Source: a virus. Taken from it: a DNA stretch of 64,000 bases. Positions 51,101 through 60,760 of this stretch are shown piece by piece (position 1 is the first letter of the stretch; every line of letters starts with the position of its first letter). The notes beneath the pieces were generated by a model that worked only from the letters and a program-made list of their open reading frames with translations, was not told where the DNA came from and did no database searches. The stretch covers positions 1-64,000 of the IMG/VR virus record IMGVR_UViG_3300022552_000002; one strand, 5' to 3'. A program made the position numbers and the translations under genes.

Positions 51101-52723
51101 GTGATGCAGCAAGCTCACGTTTTGAGAACGCCGTTCCCTAGCGAAACTGAGATAGCATCGCTTCCTCCGATTGCGAAAAATATTCTTGGAATGTTCGAAG
51201 GTCAGGTAGAAATGTCTGACTACAAAGAATTAGCAAATGGATTGGTTGATGCAAACAATGGTAGAGAACCAAATTTTGGTGAAGCAAAAGTTAAATATCG
51301 TAACCCTGATTTATTAAGGACTGCGAAAAAAGAAGCAGGAATTGGTGAATATAATCCTGATAGAATACCAGTTTCTACTTATGAAAAAATGAGGTTAGAT
51401 CCTCAAATTGCTCTTGCTACTGCACTCATAGAACTTCCTATTCTGGCTCAAAATTACAGAATCGAATGTGCCAATCCGAAGATAGCTGCTGTTGTAGATG
51501 CTTGTCTTCGTCCTATTTACAAGAAACTTCTCAAATCAATGCTTCGCGCAGTTCAGTTTGGTTTTGCAACTGGTGAGAAAGTTTGGGAAAAAGTCAAATT
51601 AAGAATCGATCAAGAAGGCGATGATGGTAAGAATGCTACTATTTATAATCGTTATACTGTTGTTCTTAAAAAGGTTAAGTTTATTCATCCAAAATCAGTT
51701 AGAATTATTAGAGATGAAAAGTCGGAAGATATTGAGTATGTTACGCAAACCCAAGACTATTATGATTTTAAAGGAAAAAGAGTTCCGAAAGTCCATATCA
51801 AAGATATGGTTTGGTTTGCGTTAGACGATGAATATGGAAATTTCTTTGGAAGTGCTCGTTATAAAAACGTATATCAAGCGTGGTACTGGTATCAAATAGT
51901 TGTTCAATTTATGCTGCGCTATCTTGAGCGTCGTGGCGCTCCAGCAGCAGTTGGTAAAGCACCATTTGGTTCTACAACAAAAGCAGATGGTGAAAAGGTT
52001 TCAAATATTGATGTGATTTTGGAGGCAGCATACGCTCTTGTTTCAAATTCTGCTGTTGCCATCCCATCACAATATGATAAAAATGGTAACGAATTATGGA
52101 AACTCGAGCTTGTTGAAGACGAACAACGTGGCGAACTCTTTCTTGAAGTTCTTCGTTATTTCAATATCTTAAAGCTTCGTGGTCTCTTTGTTCCAGACAA
52201 GGTTGGGACAGCTGAAGGTGCGTCAACGAATGCTACTACTGAAGGGCACACTGACGTTCATCTTTTAGAAGAAGAGGCTTTAACTCAGTTCCTTGAGAGT
52301 TGTTTAAACACACAAGTTATTCCTGATATTGTTCAAAACAATTTCCCTCCAAGTAAAATAGTTCCTTGTACTATCAAGATTGAAAGACTCAATCATAGCA
52401 AGCGCGCACTTATGAAGGACGTGCTAACTAGAATGCTTATGGTCTATTCAGGAGCCATGCGTGATGGTAATTGGCCAAATTGGTTGCCATCAGTGAAAGA
52501 GATTGCAAAATTCCTTGAGGTTCCTGGTTCTGAATCAACAACACAATTCTTGCCATTGAATATCAATGATGGTAATAATGATAATCCAGATGCATCATCT
52601 GATGATGATTCTTCAGATGATACGCCTTCAGATAAAAAAGATAAGATAGATAAAAACAACAAAGATGCGACTCCCCGGAAGGATCGTACTCGTCGTGATA
52701 GGCGTTCAAAAGAGCGCGCCTGA
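51101..52723 (+). CDS. portal protein (DUF935 / Mu gp29-like)
   Basis: follows TerL; M..DPQI, FGFA.GEKVW, YLERRGAP..VGK. Confidence 0.88.
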   Translation: MMQQAHVLRTPFPSETEIASLPPIAKNILGMFEGQVEMSDYKELANGLVDANNGREPNFGEAKVKYRNPDLLRTAKKEAGIGEYNPDRIPVSTYEKMRLDPQIALATALIELPILAQNYRIECANPKIAAVVDACLRPIYKKLLKSMLRAVQFGFATGEKVWEKVKLRIDQEGDDGKNATIYNRYTVVLKKVKFIHPKSVRIIRDEKSEDIEYVTQTQDYYDFKGKRVPKVHIKDMVWFALDDEYGNFFGSARYKNVYQAWYWYQIVVQFMLRYLERRGAPAAVGKAPFGSTTKADGEKVSNIDVILEAAYALVSNSAVAIPSQYDKNGNELWKLELVEDEQRGELFLEVLRYFNILKLRGLFVPDKVGTAEGASTNATTEGHTDVHLLEEEALTQFLESCLNTQVIPDIVQNNFPPSKIVPCTIKIERLNHSKRALMKDVLTRMLMVYSGAMRDGNWPNWLPSVKEIAKFLEVPGSESTTQFLPLNINDGNNDNPDASSDDDSSDDTPSDKKDKIDKNNKDATPRKDRTRRDRRSKERA

Positions 52724-52738
52724 ACATAGGAGTCCAAG

Positions 52739-54766
52739 ATGCAAACTAAGCTTGAAAAACGTATTCAAGACCTTCTTAAAGACCCAAAGTTCAGGCCAAA
52801 TCAAAAGAAGAAAACACGCGAGATGTCTGCTTTGGCTATTTGCCAAGCGTCTCAGAATAAAAAGAAAAACTCTGAAGCAGACATTTTCTCTACTTTATAT
52901 GATCTACCAGAGAGCATTGCTATTTCCATCAACGAAGATGGAATGATTGAACTTTCTGAAATCGAAGATATTGAAGATCAGGTTTTTGAAGAAACTAATG
53001 ATGAATCTGGATACGATTTATTCTTTGATGAAAATGGCATGGAAGACGAAAGCATGAATGGGTTTTTGATCCTTAGTGAAATCAGTCTAACTGAAAAGAA
53101 AAAGAAGAAGAGCGAAGATAGCGACGATGATGACGATGATGACGATGATGATGATGATAGCTACAAAGCTGCTATTTCTCAATTAGAACTTCTTCGTTCT
53201 GGTACTTGGGCACATCCATGGTATGGAAAAATTGTTTTTGATAAGAAATATTTCGTAAGTTGTATTCAGAATTTTGCCAATAATATCCTTCATCGCGACA
53301 TCTCCTTTGATGCTCAACATATGCCATGGTTTGGCGCAGTCGCTTGGGTGACTAAGCTGAGCATGAGTTTGAGAAAATTCTTCGATGGCAAACGTCGTTG
53401 GGTGCTGAAAGCTGAAGCTGAGTTCACAGAAGATGGAGAGAAAATGATCCGCCAAAAGCGGTTCAAATATTTCTCTTCTGAAGTTCACGATAATTATCGC
53501 GAACAAGAGATGGGTAAAGACGAAGACGAAAATAAACTCAAAGAATACGGTCCCACTTTGATGGGGGGTGGCGTCACCAATCGCCCTTACATCTCGGGAA
53601 TGTTGGCAGTACAGCTCAGTGAGGATGGTTTGGGTTTCAGGAGTGTCAAGCCCGTCACGAATGGTCCCCCAACCAAAACCTTTACTGAAGTAGCAGTTGG
53701 TGACGAGGAGGTAAGCGAAGAAGAAATTGAAAAAATTGTTACCAAACTGGACGAAATTATAAAAGAAAAGAAAATAGATCTAGCAGAGACAACAGCTCGA
53801 CCGCCTGAAAGTACGCTTCCTGATACATCATTTGCCCTGATAAAAGAAGACAAGACAGGGAATGTGGTGAAGCGTGCGTTGTCTCACCACAAACCTGATG
53901 TCAAGTCAAATGCAGAGGACAGCTCTGTGGACATTAGGGCTCTCAGGAAGGCTTTGGCGCAGTGGAATCATGTCAAGGGGTTTACCCCTGCTGAAATCGT
54001 CAAGGCAAAGGAACACCTTCTAGCTCATGCTAGTGAGGTGTTGAAGTCCCAAGAGGCTGCGCCAGCAGCAAAACCAGCAACACAAGAAGGAGTCGATAGC
54101 ATGGACTTCGAGCAGATGATCAAAGATGTCCAGACGAAGCTCGACGCCTTGGACGACAAGGACTCCGAAATCGCCAAGGCATACTCCGAGCAGATTACCA
54201 CCATCAAGGCTACCCAGCAAAAGGCAGAGGAAACTGCGAAAGAGTTCGCAGATGACCAGGGAAAGAAATTTGCTGAGCAGCAGAAGAAGATCGAAGAGCA
54301 GAACGAAGCTCTCGAGAACCAGAAGAAGAAGTTCGATGAGATGGAATCTCGTTGGGCTGTCGCAGATGAGGAGCGTCGTCAGGCGCAAATCAGTCTCTTC
54401 TGTGAGTCTCTTGAGAAAGAAGATCACCTTCCAGCGACTATCGAAGTCGTGAAGAGGTACATGTTTGCGGACGTGGGCAGCTTCACGATGGAGTTCAGTG
54501 AAGGCGAAGGCGAAGAGAAGAAGGAAGTCAAGGTTAACCTTGAAAAGATGTTCAAGGAAATCCTGGATTCCATTCCGAAAGAGCGTCGCGCCAAGCTGAG
54601 TGAGAATCTGAGAGGCGAAGGTGATGACACTCCTGTTGTCGCCGCCAAGACAGAAGTCAATCTCTCGGATGAAGAGAAGCCGGTCAACATCGACGATCCC
54701 AAACGTCGTGCCCGTGCTCTTTCCAGAGCTGGCTACAAGGTGAAAGAAGCAGGCGACATTCAGTAA
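52739..54766 (+). CDS. prohead protease (Mu gpI-like) fused to coiled-coil scaffold
   Basis: G.W.HP.YG, FD..H, AVAWV, FT..G...I....FKYFSSE, GPTL.GGGVTNRP; poly-Asp tract; C-terminal coiled coil. Confidence 0.88.
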   Translation: MQTKLEKRIQDLLKDPKFRPNQKKKTREMSALAICQASQNKKKNSEADIFSTLYDLPESIAISINEDGMIELSEIEDIEDQVFEETNDESGYDLFFDENGMEDESMNGFLILSEISLTEKKKKKSEDSDDDDDDDDDDDDSYKAAISQLELLRSGTWAHPWYGKIVFDKKYFVSCIQNFANNILHRDISFDAQHMPWFGAVAWVTKLSMSLRKFFDGKRRWVLKAEAEFTEDGEKMIRQKRFKYFSSEVHDNYREQEMGKDEDENKLKEYGPTLMGGGVTNRPYISGMLAVQLSEDGLGFRSVKPVTNGPPTKTFTEVAVGDEEVSEEEIEKIVTKLDEIIKEKKIDLAETTARPPESTLPDTSFALIKEDKTGNVVKRALSHHKPDVKSNAEDSSVDIRALRKALAQWNHVKGFTPAEIVKAKEHLLAHASEVLKSQEAAPAAKPATQEGVDSMDFEQMIKDVQTKLDALDDKDSEIAKAYSEQITTIKATQQKAEETAKEFADDQGKKFAEQQKKIEEQNEALENQKKKFDEMESRWAVADEERRQAQISLFCESLEKEDHLPATIEVVKRYMFADVGSFTMEFSEGEGEEKKEVKVNLEKMFKEILDSIPKERRAKLSENLRGEGDDTPVVAAKTEVNLSDEEKPVNIDDPKRRARALSRAGYKVKEAGDIQ

Positions 54767-54831
54767 GTAGGAGACCTGGCTTATTGAGTGTTTTCTGTTG
54801 AAGAGAAGAAAAAGAAACTCGGAGGAACGAG

Positions 54832-55245
54832 ATGAGTGACCAGATTGGATACCACGGGTACGATGGCACGGGTCTCAGTGAGGAGATCCTTGCTTCGAAA
54901 GAAAACCTCGTCGAGCAGTCTGTGACTATCGACGCTTCCTGTCGTGACACTCAGCACGATGTTACGACAGATCTTCGTCGTGGTTTGGTTCTGTGGCCTG
55001 ACCCGACAGTGGCAGATCGCTACACGCAGTTCGATGCTGCTGCCAAGACAGCCCTCGCTGGTGCTGAAGCTGTGGTTCTCGCTGTGCCGCTGGACATCAG
55101 TGGTAGTGTGGATCTTGTGGCAAAGGTCTACTACGGTGGTGTCTTCAAGCCAGACAAGCTGGTGGATGACAGCGGTTATGGCCTGACCCACTTCGATGCA
55201 ACCGAGCGTGCTAAGGCACAGCGCATCATCATCAAGAATGAGTAG
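54832..55245 (+). CDS. head decoration protein (lambda gpD-like)
   Basis: position between scaffold and MCP; LRRGLVL, A.VVL, VYYGG.F. Confidence 0.7.
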   Translation: MSDQIGYHGYDGTGLSEEILASKENLVEQSVTIDASCRDTQHDVTTDLRRGLVLWPDPTVADRYTQFDAAAKTALAGAEAVVLAVPLDISGSVDLVAKVYYGGVFKPDKLVDDSGYGLTHFDATERAKAQRIIIKNE

Positions 55246-55303
55246 TGTGGTTTGGAGGAGACACACTCTTTCTTGAAAGGAAAGTTCTGAAAAGGAGTAA
55301 GAA

Positions 55304-56557
55304 ATGGATGATCTGAGAAACCACGAACTCCTCCAGCCAGCGCATATCTCCAAGCTGCTGGATGAGATCATTCCTGACGACAGTCAGTATTACATGACGA
55401 CTATCATTCCGTTAGTCACTCAGGATACTGACGAAGTGATCGTGGATGTGCGCGACAATATCGGTGGCATGACTCAGGCAGTGGCCCAGGGTGCTGAGTC
55501 GCCGATGGTTGAGTTCCGGGGACAGAGCCAGTTCAAGTTCACCCCGGCGCATTTCCGTGAGAAGACAGTGTTGAGTGAGCGCGATCTCAAAGTGATCCGC
55601 AAGATCGGTACTGCTTCTGAGTTAGCCAAGGCTGAAGATCGTGTGGCCGAGGTCGTTGGTGGTCTGCGTATGCGCCTCGAGACAAGGATCGAGTGGTGCA
55701 AATGGCAGATGGTCTTCGGTACTCTCGACATCGATCAAACCGATGTGCAGTTCTCGGTGGATTACGGTATTCCAGCGGACTACACGCCAACACTCGCTGG
55801 TGTTGACAAATGGGATGCGCTGGCAACAGCTGATCCTGTTGATGACATCATTGAGTGGGCGTACCTGTTCAGGGATGAGGGAATCGATCCTGAGTACCTG
55901 CTCTTTACTCGTGCGGTCGAGAAGCTTCTGCTTCAGAACACAACACTGCGTGAGTTGGCCGAGGCACACTACACCAATACCGGCAAAGCCGAGATGAACA
56001 CGGCTCGCCTCAACGAGATGCTGAAAACCTTCGCGGGTTATGCATACAAGGTGTACGACAAGGGTTACTTCTTCAAGATGAAGTTAGAAACTCCTGTCAC
56101 ACCAGCGAGCACAAGCTTCATCGTCAGCGAGAACCCTGGTGTCAATACTGGTGATGAGGTGACGTTGATCCACAAGAGTGGTTCGCGTCTTCCTGGTGGA
56201 AAAGTGAAAGTCACGGTCACGCCGACCGGTCTTTCCTTTGCGCACGCTGCTATCGGTGGAACCGTGACCTTCCCGGCCGGTTCTACCGTTCGCATCAAGA
56301 AACGCTTCATCCCTGACAACCTAGCGTTGCTCATGGGTGCGGTGCCTCCTGGGACCACAGGTGGTACGGACTTCGCAGAGTTCGTTTCAACTCCAAGTCC
56401 CTACAATGGTGGCATCATGAATGCGCAGCCTGGTCCGTTCGGGAAGGTTGTTGTGGATGATGATGGCGATCCTCCTAAGGTGTCGGTCATTGCCGGTATC
56501 TCGGGGCTTCCTGTTCTGTATCATCCGACCTGCAACCTGATCGCTACTGTCTACTAG
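55304..56557 (+). CDS. major capsid protein (lambda gpE-type HK97 fold) with insertion domain
   Basis: PAHFREK, RIEW..WQ, VDYGIP, KW...ADP..DI, YDKGY, RFIPD, D.DPP...GLPVL..P. Confidence 0.9.
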   Translation: MDDLRNHELLQPAHISKLLDEIIPDDSQYYMTTIIPLVTQDTDEVIVDVRDNIGGMTQAVAQGAESPMVEFRGQSQFKFTPAHFREKTVLSERDLKVIRKIGTASELAKAEDRVAEVVGGLRMRLETRIEWCKWQMVFGTLDIDQTDVQFSVDYGIPADYTPTLAGVDKWDALATADPVDDIIEWAYLFRDEGIDPEYLLFTRAVEKLLLQNTTLRELAEAHYTNTGKAEMNTARLNEMLKTFAGYAYKVYDKGYFFKMKLETPVTPASTSFIVSENPGVNTGDEVTLIHKSGSRLPGGKVKVTVTPTGLSFAHAAIGGTVTFPAGSTVRIKKRFIPDNLALLMGAVPPGTTGGTDFAEFVSTPSPYNGGIMNAQPGPFGKVVVDDDGDPPKVSVIAGISGLPVLYHPTCNLIATVY

Positions 56558-56575
56558 CGTAGACGTGATGAATGT

Positions 56576-56618
56576 TTTTCAAGGCTGGGGTATGGGAAAC
56601 TGTACCCCACCTTGAAAA
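56576..56618 (+). terminator. long GAAA-capped hairpin after MCP
   Basis: TTTTCAAGG-C-TGGGGTATGG-GAAA-CTGTACCCCA-CCTTGAAAA; weak U-tract. Confidence 0.55.
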
Positions 56619-56663
56619 GCTTCTTCATAAAATAAAAAACAACAGAAACGATAGGAGAAAACG

Positions 56664-57071
56664 ATGGCAAAGAAAGTTCTTAGTGATTTCACTGTTGAGT
56701 GCCATCTCAATGGTTGGCATTGCAAAAACAAGTCAAGTGCTACCAAGATGGTTGGTGGCAATGTCAAGATTCTGCGAAGTGGTCAGAAGTTCAGGGGTGA
56801 CGAAATCATAGAACGCATGGTTGTCGCCCTTGAGCCACCAGCTGATACTTTCAGAGATAAAGCTACTGGCAAAATGACAGAAGTTCTGTCTCTTGTTGGT
56901 GGTTCTGCCAAAGATCTTCGCGTTGCTTTCGAAGATAGGCAGAAGGAACTTGAGTCTGTCAGTGAAGCATCGGTTGTCAAACCTGAGCCGACTCCTGATC
57001 CAGAAGATGATGAAGAAGAAAAGAAAGAGAAATCGAAAGAGCCCAAGCGTAATCCACGCCCCCCACAGTAA
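56664..57071 (+). CDS. hypothetical protein
   Basis: AGGAG RBS. Confidence 0.7.
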   Translation: MAKKVLSDFTVECHLNGWHCKNKSSATKMVGGNVKILRSGQKFRGDEIIERMVVALEPPADTFRDKATGKMTEVLSLVGGSAKDLRVAFEDRQKELESVSEASVVKPEPTPDPEDDEEEKKEKSKEPKRNPRPPQ

Positions 57072-57106
57072 GAGATATCAACAATTTCAGTTGAGAGGGG
57101 CACAAG

Positions 57107-57460
57107 ATGAGTAGAGACATAAAAGAAGAAGTCGTCAAAGCTGAATATTGGCTTGACGGAATCGATCCTGAGCTTCACGACAAAGCTCAGAACGATCCAG
57201 ATTATTTGTTTCGAACACAAGAAAAAAAGATTGCAATATTTCTCAAAGCCAGAGGATTTCCTGTTCGTGGCTTAGAGAAAAAGCAGTTGAGAATTGCCGG
57301 TGGTCAGAATAAGAAGATTCTTACATTCTGTTTTGACCATACCGTGCAAAGAGCTAGATTAGAATATTACAATGACAATAATCCTGAGTCGTACAACGTG
57401 AATGCCAAATCCATTCTCGATGCGCAACAGGACATCACTTCAATGATTGTGAATTTTTAG
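57107..57460 (+). CDS. DUF5659-like hypothetical protein
   Basis: IAIFLKARGF...F.F...YYN...VNAK pattern. Confidence 0.45.
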   Translation: MSRDIKEEVVKAEYWLDGIDPELHDKAQNDPDYLFRTQEKKIAIFLKARGFPVRGLEKKQLRIAGGQNKKILTFCFDHTVQRARLEYYNDNNPESYNVNAKSILDAQQDITSMIVNF

Positions 57461-57469
57461 GAGGGAAAG

Positions 57470-57802
57470 ATGGAAGAAGCAACAAAACTCGTTTCACTTA
57501 ATGACTTAATCACATTGAGTAATCTTGTGTTGATTATTGCGATCCAAGTTGTACTTGGTGCTGTTAAGGTCACACTCGAAAAACTGAAGCTTTTGAAAAA
57601 GCTTCCAGTGGAAATACTTCTTCCATATGCTCCAATGCTCATGGGCATGGCAGCGGCTTTTATTCCTGGTGTCATTGATGCAGCTAACTTAGGCACCAAG
57701 ATTGTTTTTGGTGTTGCGATTGGTGGCATTAGTGGTCAGATTTGGAAAGCTGTTTGGAAGAATAGTGGCGATCTTCTTGATGGTAAACTTGGAGAAAAAT
57801 AA
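57470..57802 (+). CDS. putative holin
   Basis: 110 aa, three hydrophobic segments, charged C-terminus. Confidence 0.55.
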   Translation: MEEATKLVSLNDLITLSNLVLIIAIQVVLGAVKVTLEKLKLLKKLPVEILLPYAPMLMGMAAAFIPGVIDAANLGTKIVFGVAIGGISGQIWKAVWKNSGDLLDGKLGEK

Positions 57803-58158
57803 TGAGTTTCAAATTAATCATAAGTTGGTTTAAAACTAACGCAGTAAAAATATTACTTCTATTACTGCTTTTTGTTGTGCTTATTTTGATAGCACTCACG
57901 TTTTGGTTCAAGCTGCGTGGGTTTAAGATAACGGACTTGCTTCTTCGTTTGCAGGTGGCCAATGCTAAGAATGAGGTAAACCACCTGCAAACGAAGAAGA
58001 CACTATTAGAAGCTAAAGAAACAATTAAGATAAATGATATTAGAGAAATTGAAAAAGAAATCAAAGAAGAAAAGAAGAAAGTAGAAGCAGGAAAGATGAA
58101 GATTGAAGGGATGACAAACGATGAGATTATTGCTCGTTTTACTGAGCTTGGCTTTTAG
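57802..58158 (+). CDS. putative i-spanin-like protein
   Basis: N-terminal TM plus coiled coil; overlaps next gene. Confidence 0.5.
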   Translation: MSFKLIISWFKTNAVKILLLLLLFVVLILIALTFWFKLRGFKITDLLLRLQVANAKNEVNHLQTKKTLLEAKETIKINDIREIEKEIKEEKKKVEAGKMKIEGMTNDEIIARFTELGF

Positions 58159-58543
58159 CGTAAACGCTATAGCAGTTCCAGAGAAGTGTGAAACTGCCGA
58201 TGGCAGGGAGATGATTTGCTTTGATGTCGATAAAGCAAAAGAACTTTTGAAGATTGTTGACATTGAAGTTCCATCTTTAAAAAGAACAGTTGCAAAACAA
58301 CAAACACAAATTGATGCACAAAAAGAGTTAATGAAAATTAAAGATGAAAAGTTCAAAGTACAAGAAGATATAACAAATAAATGGAAAGAAAATTTTGAAA
58401 ATCTTTCTACTCAAATGGCCGCAATGAATGATGATGAACGAATAGAAGCGTATATTGATGTTGGAATCTTTTTATTAGGTACGTTGGTTGGCGGTGGCAT
58501 AATGTATACGTCTTCGTTGCTGGTGTCTAACACCATTAACTAG
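58121..58543 (+). CDS. signal peptide + coiled coil + C-terminal TM protein (spanin partner-like)
   Basis: MRLLLVLLSLAFSVNAIA signal; VGIFLLGTLVGGGIMY TM. Confidence 0.45.
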   Translation: MRLLLVLLSLAFSVNAIAVPEKCETADGREMICFDVDKAKELLKIVDIEVPSLKRTVAKQQTQIDAQKELMKIKDEKFKVQEDITNKWKENFENLSTQMAAMNDDERIEAYIDVGIFLLGTLVGGGIMYTSSLLVSNTIN

Positions 58544-58552
58544 GAGAAGAAG

Positions 58553-59218
58553 ATGGCACAACAAGACCTTGGCTCTCTCAGAGATAGAGCACAATTATAT
58601 TCTGGTCAGATAAATAGTGAATCTCTTAGTGTTGAACGTAGCACTGGTTTGGTTCCAACTTCTGGCTTTAGACGCGCAGATATATTTGTTGATTTTACAA
58701 GAAGTGTTGTTGATGAAATTAGAATTCAACACAAATCTACTGATTATATTGAACAAGTAAAAGACGAATCTGCTCTTCCTGTTTTTGAGTTGAAAGACTT
58801 ACAATACAAAAAAACAATTACAGAAAATAAGAAATTCAAATTTTCTATTGATTTGAATTCTGAATACACAGAGCTTATCTTCAATGCATTAAGTGCTGCT
58901 GTTGAAAGTGTTGTTTTTTCTGGTAGTGGTCTTGATGATGCATCGTCAAGCGGAATATTTACTGGTTCTGATCCAGTGGAATATCTTGTTGAGATTGATG
59001 GAACAGGTACACCAGATACTTTCCGTTGGTCAAAAGATGGTGGTTCTACTTGGGCGGTAAGTACAGTCGCTATCACAGGTGCGCCACAATTGCTTGATGA
59101 TGGTGTGTCTATTGCATTCGCCGCAACCACAGGTCACACTAACGGAGACCAGTGGACCATCAGAGCAGGTTACGGTAGCTCAGGCGATCTTATCACAGTG
59201 GATGTTTCACTGAGATAA
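58553..59218 (+). CDS. virion structural protein
   Basis: SGSGLDD, IDGTGTPDTFRWS.DGG, GV.I.F.ATTGHT.GDQW. Confidence 0.6.
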   Translation: MAQQDLGSLRDRAQLYSGQINSESLSVERSTGLVPTSGFRRADIFVDFTRSVVDEIRIQHKSTDYIEQVKDESALPVFELKDLQYKKTITENKKFKFSIDLNSEYTELIFNALSAAVESVVFSGSGLDDASSSGIFTGSDPVEYLVEIDGTGTPDTFRWSKDGGSTWAVSTVAITGAPQLLDDGVSIAFAATTGHTNGDQWTIRAGYGSSGDLITVDVSLR

Positions 59219-59593
59219 TTGAGCATCGTAAAATTGGAGGCTGTGATGACCTGTGATGCACAACAAATTTTAGAATACAAGGTTAACGATACACAGCCTT
59301 CTATTGCGTGTACTTACAAAGAAATAGATTCAGTTACAGGAGAAAGAACTCCTATTGATATTACTGGATACACTTTTAGATTAGATATTGGTTATGAAGT
59401 TCCAAATAGTGTTACAGGAAGTATTGTTGGTGCTCCAGTAAATGGAGAATTTATTTTTGAATTTACAATTGGAGCAAGCGAAGTTGATGAAGTTGGAAAA
59501 CCACTCACAGAAATTGTTATTTGGGATAATCTTGGAAATCAAGTCACATATGACTTTGTGAAATTCAATGTGAAGTCAAGGATTGTTCCATGA
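59219..59593 (+). CDS. BppU-N-like structural protein
   Basis: K.NDT.P, P.DITG, GA..NG pattern. Confidence 0.5.
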   Translation: MSIVKLEAVMTCDAQQILEYKVNDTQPSIACTYKEIDSVTGERTPIDITGYTFRLDIGYEVPNSVTGSIVGAPVNGEFIFEFTIGASEVDEVGKPLTEIVIWDNLGNQVTYDFVKFNVKSRIVP

Positions 59594-60333
59594 CAGTTGA
59601 GCTGATCATAGGTGGCAATCAAGTTGAGGTCGTCAAAGGCAGTGTGGGTTCTGAACTCATTGCTGGTGATAACGAAGTCGTTATCGAGAGATCTGTTGTT
59701 CACGTTGAGATAACCAAAGGTGAGCATGAAGTTCTTCTAGTAGAGCCAGAGATTGGTTCAGAACAATTAGACTTAAATATTGAACAAGTAACTCCACAAG
59801 TAAATATTGAACAAACAGAAGTAGATTTAGATATTGTTAGAGATGGAATTGAAGTTGAGATAGTAACATCAGAACAACTTGTTGAAGTTCTTCAGGGTGA
59901 TGTTGATATAGAGATTGTAGCTCAACCATCAATAATTCATGTCAACCCAGAAGCATTACCAGAAGAAGCTTTTTGTTCTGCGTTAGAAATTGTAGGAGAT
60001 TGTGTTTATATATATGATGATAAAGTTACAGGAAAACCAGTTGTTAGAAAATGCGATATATTTGATTTAACAAAGATGCCTGCTATTGCAATTATAACTG
60101 AGAAAATTACAACTACAGAATGTAAGATAAAAAAGATTGGAGAAGTAGATGGGTTTGGCAGTTTCACTTCAGGAGGAATGGTGGTGGTTGGCTCGAGTGG
60201 ACAGCCTGTGCATCCACCAGCGTTACCTGATCCAACGATTACACCGTACTACGTGCAGGTATTAGGTGTTGCATCTAATCCTGACACGCTTTTGCTGCAC
60301 ATAGATATGACTATGTGTCAACGTATAAGATAA
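59590..60333 (+). CDS. structural protein, V/E/I-rich N-terminus plus cement-like C-domain
   Basis: VGDCVY...PAIAII...QVLGVA. Confidence 0.55.
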   Translation: MTVELIIGGNQVEVVKGSVGSELIAGDNEVVIERSVVHVEITKGEHEVLLVEPEIGSEQLDLNIEQVTPQVNIEQTEVDLDIVRDGIEVEIVTSEQLVEVLQGDVDIEIVAQPSIIHVNPEALPEEAFCSALEIVGDCVYIYDDKVTGKPVVRKCDIFDLTKMPAIAIITEKITTTECKIKKIGEVDGFGSFTSGGMVVVGSSGQPVHPPALPDPTITPYYVQVLGVASNPDTLLLHIDMTMCQRIR

Positions 60334-60345
60334 CAGGAGAAAAAG

Positions 60346-60741
60346 ATGAAGAAGGAAGAGAAGAAAGCGCAACCTGACAATGTGGTCGAAATGAAGGATA
60401 ATGGAGAGACAGATAAAAGAAAAGAAGAAGAAAAGGGAGCGGTTGATCTTCCGCATCTTAATGAAGAAGAGCTTCAACAGTTTAAGCTCTTTGATGCTGA
60501 GATGACGAAAAGAATGCTGCTTGTTGGCAATACTACTTTGGCTATGAAACTAGAAGAAGCGCAACATCAAAATAAAGTAAGTCAATTAATGACAATGAGA
60601 AATCAACAACAAGAAGACTCAGAACAATATCAGAGAAAATATGAAGAATTTAACAAAGGTTTGACAGGAAAATATCGTATAAGGCCAGATGTGAAGATAA
60701 GCATTGATACAGAAACAGGGGTAATACGAGAGTTACCATAA
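60346..60741 (+). CDS. coiled-coil hypothetical protein (possible fibre chaperone)
   Basis: lies between fibre genes; ID.ETG.I C-terminus. Confidence 0.5.
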   Translation: MKKEEKKAQPDNVVEMKDNGETDKRKEEEKGAVDLPHLNEEELQQFKLFDAEMTKRMLLVGNTTLAMKLEEAQHQNKVSQLMTMRNQQQEDSEQYQRKYEEFNKGLTGKYRIRPDVKISIDTETGVIRELP

Positions 60742-60760
60742 GTTCTCAAGGAGATAGAAA

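Noticed and set aside
49079-54766. Transposable Mu-like prophage
   Set aside because: No MuA/MuB, integrase or host flanks in the window; gene content is that of a large phage.
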